Assembly: GCA_964016885.1 (NCBI GenBank)
Contig: OZ024740.1
Coordinates: forward strand, 7,378,001 to 7,442,000
Length of the DNA: 64,000 nt
Reading direction: 5' to 3'
Source of the DNA: Eledone cirrhosa
Lineage: Eukaryota
Shown here piece after piece: positions 55,620-64,000 of the stretch. Made by a program: the position numbers and the translations under genes. Under the pieces are notes generated by a model. It made no database searches and was not told where the DNA came from. It saw nothing but the letters and a program-made list of their open reading frames with translations. The number at the start of each line of letters is the position of its first letter. Position 1 is the stretch's first letter.

Positions 55620-58600
55620 TCGATTGGTATGTCAGTTTCTATTGGTATTTCAGTTTCGATTGGTATGTCAGTTTCGATTGGTATATCAGTTCGATTGGTA
55701 TGTCAGTTTCTATTGGTATGTAAGTTTTGATTATTATATCTGTTACTATTAGTATGTCAGTTTCGATTGGTTTGTCAGTTTCGATTGGTATATCAGTTTC
55801 TATTGGTATGACAGTTTCGATTGGTATATCAGTTTCGATTGGTATATCAGTTTCGATTGGTATGTCAGTTTCGATTGGTACATCAATTTCGATTGGTATA
55901 TTACTTTCGATTAGTATATCAGTTTCTATTGGTATATCAGTTTCCATTGCTATGTCAGTTTCGATTGGTACGTCAGTTTGGATTGGTATGTCAATTTCAA
56001 TTGGTATATCAGTTTCGATTGGTATGTCAGTTTCGATTGGTATATCAGTTTCGATTGTTATGTCAGTGTCGATTAGTATATCAGTTACTATTGGTATTTT
56101 AGTTTTGATTGGTATATCAGTTTCGTTTGGTATATCAGTTTCTATTGGTATGTCAGTTTCGATTGGTATGTCAGTTTCTATCGGTATATCAGTTTTCGAT
56201 TGGTATATCAGTTTCGATTGGTATGTCAGTTTCTATTGGTATATCAGTTTCGATTGGTATGTCAGTTTCGATTAGTATATCAGTTACTATTGGTATGTGA
56301 GTTTCTATTGGTATATCAGTTTCGATTGGTATATCAGTTTCGATTAGTATGTCAGTTTGTATTGGCATGTCAGTTTCGATTAGTATATCAGTTTCTACTG
56401 GTATGTCAGTTTCGATTGGTATGTCAGTTTAGATTGGTATATCAGTTTTGATTAGTATATTATTTTATATTGGTATGTCGGTTTCTATTGGTATATCAGT
56501 TTCGATTGTTATATCAGTTTCGATTAGTATGTCAGTTTCTATTGGTATGTCAGTTTAAATTAGTATGTCAGTTTCGATTGGTATTTCAGTTTCGATTGGT
56601 ATATCAGTTTCTATAGGTATGTCAGTTTTGATTGGTAAAACAGTTTCTATTGGTATGTCAGTTTCGAATAGTATGTCAGTTTCTATTGGTATATCAGTTT
56701 CGATTGGTATGTCAGTTTCGATTATTATATCAGTTAATATTGGTATGTCAGTTTCTATTAATATATCAGTTTCGATTGGTATATCAGTTTCGATTGGTAT
56801 GTCAGTTTCGATTGGTATATCAGTTTCGATTGGTATGTCAGTTTCTTTTGGTATATCAGTTTCTATTGGTATGTCAGTTTCGATTGGTATGTCAGTTTCG
56901 ATTGGTATGTCAATTTCGATTGGTATCTCAGTTTCTATTGTTATATCAGTTTCGATTGGTATATCTGTTTCGATTGGTATGTCAGTTTCTATTGGTATAT
57001 CAGTTTCGATTATTATATCAGTTACTATTGGTATGTCAGTTTGGATTGGTATGTCAGTTTGGATTGGTATTTCAGTTTCGATTGGTATGTCATTTTCCAT
57101 TAGTATATCAGTTTTGATTAGTATGTTAGTTTCTATTGGTATATCAGTTTCGATTGGTATATCAGTATCGATTGGTGTGTCAGTTTCGATTGGTATATCA
57201 GTTTGGATTGGTATGTCAGTTTCGATTAGTATATCAGTTTCTATTGGTATGTCCGTATCTATTGGTATATCAGTTTCGATTGGTATATCAGTTTCAATTA
57301 TTATGTCAATTTCTATTGGTATTTTATTTTCTATTGGTATATCAGTTTCGATAGGTATATCAGTTTCGTTCGGTATGTCAGTTTCGATTGGTATGTCCAT
57401 TTCGATTGGTATATTAGTTTCGATTAGTATGTCAGTTTCTATTGCTATATCAGTTCGATTGGTATGTCAGTTTCGATTGGTACGCCAATTTCGATTGGTA
57501 TATTAGTTTCGATTAGTATATCAGTTTCTATTGGTATGTCAGTTTCTATTGGTATTTCAGTTTCGATTGGTATGTCAGTTTCGATTGGTATATCAGTTCG
57601 ATTGGTATGTCAGTTTCTATTGGTATGTAAGTTTTGATTATTATATCTGTTACTATTAGTATGTCAGTTTCGATTGGTTTGTCAGTTTCGATTGGTATAT
57701 CAGTTTCTATTGGTATGACAGTTTCGATTGGTATATCAGTTTCGATTGGTATATCAGTTTCGATTGGTATGTCAGTTTCGATTGGTACATCAATTTCGAT
57801 TGGTATATTACTTTCGATTAGTATATCAGTTTCTATTGGTATATCAGTTTCCATTGCTATGTCAGTTTCGATTGGTACGTCAGTTTGGATTGGTATGTCA
57901 ATTTCAATTGGTATATCAGTTTCGATTGGTATGTCAGTTTCGATTGGTATATCAGTTTCGATTGTTATGTCAGTGTCGATTAGTATATCAGTTACTATTG
58001 GTATTTTAGTTTTGATTGGTATATCAGTTTCGTTTGGTATATCAGTTTCTATTGGTATGTCAGTTTCGATTGGTATGTCAGTTTCTATCGGTATATCAGT
58101 TTTCGATTGGTATATCAGTTTCGATTGGTATGTCAGTTTCTATTGGTATATCAGTTTCGATTGGTATGTCAGTTTCGATTAGTATATCAGTTACTATTGG
58201 TATGTGAGTTTCTATTGGTATATCAGTTTCGATTGGTATATCAGTTTCGATTAGTATGTCAGTTTGTATTGGCATGTCAGTTTCGATTAGTATATCAGTT
58301 TCTACTGGTATGTCAGTTTCGATTGGTATGTCAGTTTAGATTGGTATATCAGTTTTGATTAGTATATTATTTTATATTGGTATGTCGGTTTCTATTGGTA
58401 TATCAGTTTCGATTGTTATATCAGTTTCGATTAGTATGTCAGTTTCTATTGGTATGTCAGTTTAAATTAGTATGTCAGTTTCGATTGGTATTTCAGTTTC
58501 GATTGGTATATCAGTTTCTATAGGTATGTCAGTTTTGATTGGTAAAACAGTTTCTATTGGTATGTCAGTTTCGAATAGTATGTCAGTTTCTATTGGTATA

Positions 58601-59340
58601 TCAGTTTCGATTGGTATGTCAGTTTCGATTATTATATCAGTTAATATTGGTATGTCAGTTTCTATTAATATATCAGTTTCGATTGGTATATCAGTTTCGA
58701 TTGGTATGTCAGTTTCGATTGGTATATCAGTTTCGATTGGTATGTCAGTTTCTTTTGGTATATCAGTTTCTATTGGTATGTCAGTTTCGATTGGTATGTC
58801 AGTTTCGATTGGTATGTCAATTTCGATTGGTATCTCAGTTTCTATTGTTATATCAGTTTCGATTGGTATATCTGTTTCGATTGGTATGTCAGTTTCTATT
58901 GGTATATCAGTTTCGATTATTATATCAGTTACTATTGGTATGTCAGTTTGGATTGGTATGTCAGTTTGGATTGGTATTTCAGTTTCGATTGGTATGTCAT
59001 TTTCCATTAGTATATCAGTTTTGATTAGTATGTTAGTTTCTATTGGTATATCAGTTTCGATTGGTATATCAGTTTGGATTGGTATGTCAGTTTCGATTAG
59101 TATATCAGTTTCTATTGGTATGTCCGTATCTATTGGTATATCAGTTTCGATTGGTATATCAGTTTCAATTATTATGTCAATTTCTATTGGTATTTTATTT
59201 TCTATTGGTATATCAGTTTCGATAGGTATATCAGTTTCGTTCGGTATGTCAGTTTCGATTGGTATGTCCATTTCGATTGGTATATTAGTTTCGATTAGTA
59301 TGTCAGTTTCTATTGCTATATCAGTTCGATTGGTATGTCA
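55620..59340. repeat. Higher-order tandem duplication, period 1907 bp
   Basis: Identical translations at 55639/57546, 55727/57634, 55821/57728 and 56632/58539, all offset 1907. The second copy lacks two monomers near 59060. Confidence 0.92.
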
Positions 59341-61139
59341 GTTTTGATTGGTACGCCAATTTCGATTGGTATATTAGTTTCGATTAGTATATCAGTTTCT
59401 ATTGGTATATCAGTTTCTATTGGTATGTCAGTTTCGATTGGTACGTCAGTTTGGATTGGTATGTCAATTTCAATTGGTATATCAGTTTCGATTAGTATGT
59501 CAGTTTCTATTGGTATATCAGTTTCGATTGGTATATCTGTTTCGATTGGTTTGTCAGTTTCGATTGGTATATCAGTTTCGATTGGTATATCAGTTTCGAT
59601 TAGTATGTCAGTTTGTATTGGCATGTCAGTTTCGATTAGTATGTCAGTTTCGATTGGTATGTCAGTTTAGATTGGTATATCAGTTTCTACTGGTATGTCA
59701 GTTTCGATTGGTATGTCAGTTTCGATTGGTATGTCAGTTTCGATTGGTATGTCAATTTCGATTGTTATATCAGTTTCGATTGGTATATCAGTTTCGATTG
59801 GTATGCCAGTTTCGATTGGTATATCAGTTTCGATTGGTATCTCAGTTTTGATTAGTATATTATTTTCTATTGGTATGTCGGTTTCTATTGGTATATCAGT
59901 TTCGATTGTTATATCAGTTTTGATTAGTATGTCAGTTTCTATTGGTATGTCAGTTTAAATTAGTATGTCAGTTTCGATTGGTATATCAGTTTCGATTGGT
60001 ATATCAGTTTCTATTGGTATGTCAGTTTTGATTGGTAAAACAGTTTCTATTGGTATGTCAGTTTCGATTGGTATGTCAGTTTCTATTGGTATATCAGTTT
60101 CGATTGGTATGTCAGTTTCTATTGCTATGTCAGTTTTCGATTATTATATCAGTTACTATTGGTATGTCAGTTTTGATTGGTATATCAGTTTCTATTGGTA
60201 TGTCAGTTTCTTTTGGTATATCAGTTTCTATTGGTATGTCAGTTTTGATTGGTATGTCAGTTTCGATTGGTATGTCAATTTCGATTGGTATATAAGTTTC
60301 GATTAGTATGTCAGTTACTATTGGTATATCAGTTTCGATTGGTATATCTGTTTCGATTGGTATGTCAGTTTCTATTGTTATATCAGATTCGATTAGTATG
60401 TCAATTTCGATTAGTATATCAGTTTCTATTGCTACGTCAGTTTCGATTGGTATATCAGTTTCTATTGGTATATCAGTTTCTATTGTTATGTCAGTTTTTA
60501 TTGGTATATCAGTTTCTATTGGTATGTCAGTTTCGATTGGTATGTCAGTTTCTATTGGTATATCAGTTTCGATTGGTATGTTTGTTTCTATTGGTATGTC
60601 AGTTTCGATTAGTATATCAGTTTCTATTGGTTTGTCAGTTTCGATTGGTATATCAGTTTCTATTGGTATATCAGTTTCTATTGGTATGTCAATTTCGAAT
60701 GGTATATCAGTTTCGATTAGTATGTCAGTTTCTATTGGTATATCAGTTTCGATTGGTATGTCAGTTTTGATTAGTATATCAGTGTCTATTGGTATGTGAG
60801 TTTCTATTGGTATATCAGTTTCGATTGGTATATCAGTTTCGATTAGTATGTCAGTTTCTATTGGTAGTTCAGTTTCGATTAGTATATCAGTTTAGATTGG
60901 TATATCAGTTTCTATTGGTATGTCAGTTTCGATTGGTATACCAGTTTCGATTGGTATATCAGTTTCGATTGGTATGTCAGTTTCTATTGGTATATCAGTT
61001 TCTATTGGTATGTCAGTTTCGATTGGTACGTCAGTTTGGATTGGTATGTCAATTTCAATTGGTATATCAGTTTCGATTAGTATGTCAGTTTCTATTGGTA
61101 TATCAGTTTCGATTGGTATATCTGTTTCGATTGGTATAT

Positions 61140-61437
61140 ATGATAGGAATTCACTTCGCCAAATTTCATTTCATTGCTTGCTGTCCACGATATTCATGTA
61201 AACCTAATGTACAGACTTCATCTCTCTCCCTCCACAAATCTTAATTCTAGCGCATTTTCAAAACAATCCATATTTCGTATCAAGTCCAAATAGCCAATCT
61301 ATCGCTAAAACAAACTACATTTTCTGTTTCTATTAATTGCTAAATACGTAAGTTTTTGGACGTATTTAACAGAACAAATTTTGTATTTTTGTTAATCGCT
61401 TGTTAAATGCAAGGACCCCCTTTCAATCATTACCTTC
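61140..61437. other. AT-rich non-repetitive spacer between the satellite and the LINE
   Basis: The satellite ends abruptly. No credible ORF or recognisable motif. The right boundary is placed at the shift to C-rich sequence and is approximate. Confidence 0.6.
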
Positions 61438-61467
61438 TTGCTAGCTACCCAACACCCCTCCCTCCCA

Positions 61468-61563
61468 CCCCCACGCACCACCATTGCTATTACGTGGACC
61501 AATCATAAAACAGAGCCCCCACGCATCACCAGTATTATTACGCGGACCAATCAGAAACCAGAG
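61468..61563 (+). promoter_or_regulatory. 2 x 48-bp tandem unit, each with GGACCAATCA (CCAAT box) and CCCCCACGC; putative internal promoter of the LINE
   Basis: Copy 1 is 61468-61515 (CCCCCACGCACCACCATTGCTATTACGTGGACCAATCATAAAACAGAG). Copy 2 is 61516-61563 (CCCCCACGCATCACCAGTATTATTACGCGGACCAATCAGAAACCAGAG). The repeat is directly visible; promoter function is inference. Confidence 0.6.
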
Positions 61564-61606
61564 GCCTATACTATCGCTTGCCTGGTTGCCTTTCGATATA
61601 CGATAT

Positions 61607-64000
61607 ATGATGGATGGATGGACTGCGGAATCCTGGAGAGTGGAAGAGAGAGAAAAATCTGGACGCTCAGCGACAATGCCAAAGATAAAGACAAATTCAC
61701 CTCTTGGACGAGAATGCGAGCACTCCTCATTGTTTCGACCGCGGACGGCTAACATAACCCCATCGCCCCCCGCCCCTCACCGCCCCCAACCCCCAAACGC
61801 AATCCAACACTTCAGAGTTGGTACCATAAATGTAGGCACCCTAAAGGGTCGCGCTAACGAGGTTGTAGAAATGCTTGAACGTAAGGAGGTCGATGTTTGT
61901 TGTATTCAAGAGACCAGGTGGAGGGGTGGGTCTGCTAGGTTCATTGAGGGTAAAAAACGATGTTATAAGCTTTTCTGGGTGGGAAACGACGATGGGCTGG
62001 ATGGAGTAGGAATCATGGTAGCAGAAAAGTGGGCAGATAAGATAATAGACGTAAATAGAGTGAACGACAGAATAATTAAAATACGACTTGTCCTCAATAG
62101 AACTACGGTGACAGTAATATCTGCGTACGCACCCCAATCCGGACTGCCCGGCACTATAAAAGACAGATTCTATGAGACACTGATGCTAACTACCTCCCAA
62201 ATATCCGACAGTGACTATATAATTATCGCAGGCGACCTAAATGGTCACGTTGGACAACATTGTGACGGCTACGACGAAATCCATGGAGGCTATGGGTTTG
62301 GTACTAGAAATGAGGAAGGCTCCAGAATCCTGGAATTCTGTGATGCAAATAACCTAACTATCTGTAACACTAACTTCAAAAAACGTGACAATCACCTGAT
62401 CACCTATAGATCCGGGGAACACACAAGCCAGGTAGATTATATCCTTACCAGAAGACGTGACAGAGTGTCTGTTGTTAACACTAAATCCCTCCCCCATGAA
62501 GAATGCACCTCCCAACATAGACTGATAATTAGCGACCTCATAGTCAGGACGAGACGTACTCGACAACAGAAGAGGACTATCCTCAGGAGGAAAATATGGA
62601 AGCTAAAGGACCCCACAGCCAGGAATAAATTTCAAAGCATATTACTTGATGCTTTCGACAGTAAGGAAGAACATTTAGAGTCGGACAATATAGAGGGAGA
62701 GTGGGAATTTCTGAAAGCAAACCTGCTGTTGGCGACAGACGAGGTCTGTGGCTGGAGCAGGCCTGTAGGCAGGAGGAGAGTAACATGGTGGTGGAACAGT
62801 AAGGTGGAGGGGTCAATTAAGGCCAAAAAGCAGGCTTGGAAAGTATGGCGGGATGGGGGAAGTAGAGAGGACTATCAAGTGGCCAGGAGGGAAGCTAGGA
62901 GACAAGTGTACTTAGCAAGAAGGGAAGCTGAGGAAAGAAAGTTCAAGCATGTTCTACAACGCGATGACCAAAAACGTGAGGTGTTCAGGATTGCTAGGCA
63001 ATGCGTCAAGGAAAACCGTGATATTGTCGGGGAGAAGTGTGTACTAAACGACGATGGCACACTTGCCATCACCGACGCTGATAAGAAGGTAGCTTGGAAG
63101 TGTCACTACGAAAGGCTACTAAATGAGGAGAATAATTGGGAGAAAGGCAGTCTCCCCCATATCGACCCAATAGAGGGACCAGCAGTGTTAGTCGAGGGGA
63201 GTATAATAAGTAAGGCAATCAAGGATATGAAGACTGGTAAGGCGGCTGGGCCTTCGGAAATAGTTGCTGAGATGCTGAAGGCATCTGGCACGGTGGGACA
63301 CACCATGGTCACCCGCATAGTTAACCAAGTCGTACAGAATGGGGTTGTTCCGAAGGACTGGCATAGCAGCATCATCGTTAACTGTTATAAGGGTAAAGGA
63401 GACGCCCTAGATAGGAGTAACTATAGAGGCATTAAATTAATCGACCAGGTCATGAAGGTCACGGAAAAAGTAATAGCGCAACTAATCAGAGAGAGAATTG
63501 ACCTAGATGAAATGCAGTTCGGGTTTGTGTCAGGCAAAAGTACCACAGACGCTCTTTTCATAGTACGACAACTACAGGAGAAGTACCTAGCTAAAGGTAA
63601 ACCCCTCTACTTAGCTTTTGTCGACTTGGAGAAAGCCTTCGACAGAGTACCCCGCTCCATTATCTGGTGGGCTCTTAGAAAACTAGGCGTTGACGAATGG
63701 CTTGTGAGGGCTATACAAGCCATGTATAAAGAAACAGTCAGCAAGGTTAGAATTAACAACGAATATAGTGAAGAGTTTAGCGTAAAAGTTGGCGTCCATC
63801 AGGGCTCTGTTCTCAGTCCACTACTATTTATTATTGCCCTTCAGGCTATAACAGAGGAGTTCAAGACAGGCTGCCCATGGGAACTCCTATACGCAGACGA
63901 CCTGACACTCATAGCGGAATCAATGGCCGAGCTAGAGAAGAAATTCCAAACATGGAAGCACGGCCTAGAGTCAAAAGGACTTAAAATTAACCTGGCTAAG
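61607..64000 (+). CDS. LINE polyprotein: APE (apurinic-like) endonuclease plus reverse transcriptase, 3'-partial (798 codons in window)
   Basis: Manual translation is stop-free from 61445 to 64000. First ATG at 61607 (alternatives 61610, 61676). Motifs: GTINVGTL, CIQETRW, SAYAPQ, AGDLNGHVG, QVDYIL, SQHRL, TWWWN, KAAGPS, NYRGIKL, QFGF, FVDLEKAFDRV, GVHQGSVLSPLLF, LLYADDL. Confidence 0.96.
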   Translation, partial: MMDGWTAESWRVEEREKSGRSATMPKIKTNSPLGRECEHSSLFRPRTANITPSPPAPHRPQPPNAIQHFRVGTINVGTLKGRANEVVEMLERKEVDVCCIQETRWRGGSARFIEGKKRCYKLFWVGNDDGLDGVGIMVAEKWADKIIDVNRVNDRIIKIRLVLNRTTVTVISAYAPQSGLPGTIKDRFYETLMLTTSQISDSDYIIIAGDLNGHVGQHCDGYDEIHGGYGFGTRNEEGSRILEFCDANNLTICNTNFKKRDNHLITYRSGEHTSQVDYILTRRRDRVSVVNTKSLPHEECTSQHRLIISDLIVRTRRTRQQKRTILRRKIWKLKDPTARNKFQSILLDAFDSKEEHLESDNIEGEWEFLKANLLLATDEVCGWSRPVGRRRVTWWWNSKVEGSIKAKKQAWKVWRDGGSREDYQVARREARRQVYLARREAEERKFKHVLQRDDQKREVFRIARQCVKENRDIVGEKCVLNDDGTLAITDADKKVAWKCHYERLLNEENNWEKGSLPHIDPIEGPAVLVEGSIISKAIKDMKTGKAAGPSEIVAEMLKASGTVGHTMVTRIVNQVVQNGVVPKDWHSSIIVNCYKGKGDALDRSNYRGIKLIDQVMKVTEKVIAQLIRERIDLDEMQFGFVSGKSTTDALFIVRQLQEKYLAKGKPLYLAFVDLEKAFDRVPRSIIWWALRKLGVDEWLVRAIQAMYKETVSKVRINNEYSEEFSVKVGVHQGSVLSPLLFIIALQAITEEFKTGCPWELLYADDLTLIAESMAELEKKFQTWKHGLESKGLKINLAK
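61811..62540 (+). other. APE/EEP endonuclease domain of the LINE ORF
   Basis: FRVGTINV...QETRW...YAPQ...GDLN...VDY...SQH; catalytic-type residues of the exonuclease-endonuclease-phosphatase family are present. Confidence 0.92.
63230..64000 (+). other. Reverse transcriptase domain (partial), YADD at 63890-63901
   Basis: Non-LTR RT motifs in the correct order: KAAGPS, NYRGI, QFGF, DLEKAFD, QGSVLSP, YADD. Confidence 0.95.

Larger units (their letters stand above)
1..61139. repeat. 18-bp tandem satellite array, consensus ATTGGTATRTCAGTTTCK (about 3,370 monomers; extends left of the window)
   Basis: Continuous head-to-tail repeats in one orientation from base 1 to ...ATTGGTATAT at 61139. Two dominant dimorphic sites (position 9 G/A, position 18 G/T), scattered substitutions and 1-bp indels. 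Interrupted only at 43480-43648 and 51193-51526. Copy number is array length divided by 18. Confidence 0.99.
61438..64000 (+). mobile_element. RTE-clade non-LTR retrotransposon (LINE); 5' part present, runs off the right edge
   Basis: Short 5' region followed by a single APE+RT ORF with no gag-like ORF1, the established RTE architecture. Linker motif TWWWN. The 5' boundary is uncertain because the TSD partner lies outside the window. Confidence 0.93.

Noticed and set aside
1-61139. Hundreds of ORFs (SVSIGM, PIETDI, LVCQFR, FDWYVS repeats; up to 1021 aa) as protein-coding genes
   Set aside because: An 18-bp unit that is stop-free in four frames gives long ORFs automatically. Stops and frameshifts recur and are duplicated, and there is no unique N- or C-terminal domain.
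1-61139. CRISPR array or telomeric repeat
   Set aside because: Units are contiguous with no unique spacers and no cas genes are present. The monomer is not a TTAGG(G)-type repeat.
1-61139. Centromere assignment
   Set aside because: Higher-order structure alone is not evidence; CENP-A data or chromosomal position would be needed.
61570-61765. HDV-like ribozyme in the LINE 5' region (GGCTAAC resembles J4/2)
   Set aside because: I could not build the P1/P2/P3/P1.1 nested pseudoknot by eye. A descriptor search such as RNArobo would settle it.
62510-62521. SQH instead of the canonical SDH in the endonuclease as an inactivating mutation
   Set aside because: The catalytic His is retained, and QH at this position is, to my knowledge, common in this RTE subgroup.
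61841-63375. Short minus-strand ORFs over the LINE
   Set aside because: They are antisense shadows of the APE-RT ORF with no recognisable motifs.

Overview
This is eukaryotic (animal-type) repetitive DNA with no host gene. Positions 1-61139 are a head-to-tail satellite of an 18-bp monomer (consensus ATTGGTATRTCAGTTTCK, about 3,370 copies by length). It is organised into local higher-order duplications of about 1.35-2.9 kb, and rare variants are shared between the two outer parts of the array. Nearly all ORFs in the supplied track (PIETDI, SVSIGM, LVCQFR, FDWYVS repeats) are just translations of this monomer. Two short plus-strand retroposed insertions with (GAT)n tails interrupt the array (43480-43648 and 51193-51526). 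They look like 3' ends of an RTE-type LINE, or a SINE derived from one, and fold into hairpin and H-type pseudoknot modules. After about 300 bp of unique flank, an RTE-clade non-LTR retrotransposon begins. It has a duplicated 48-bp CCAAT-containing 5' unit and an uninterrupted APE-endonuclease plus reverse-transcriptase ORF (61607 to beyond 64000), which the ORF track missed because its stop codon lies outside the window. I cannot show a wholly new biological system. The best leads are the modular structured 3' end of the retroelement, its same-register insertion into the satellite, the layered array architecture and the codon-silent dimorphism of the monomer.
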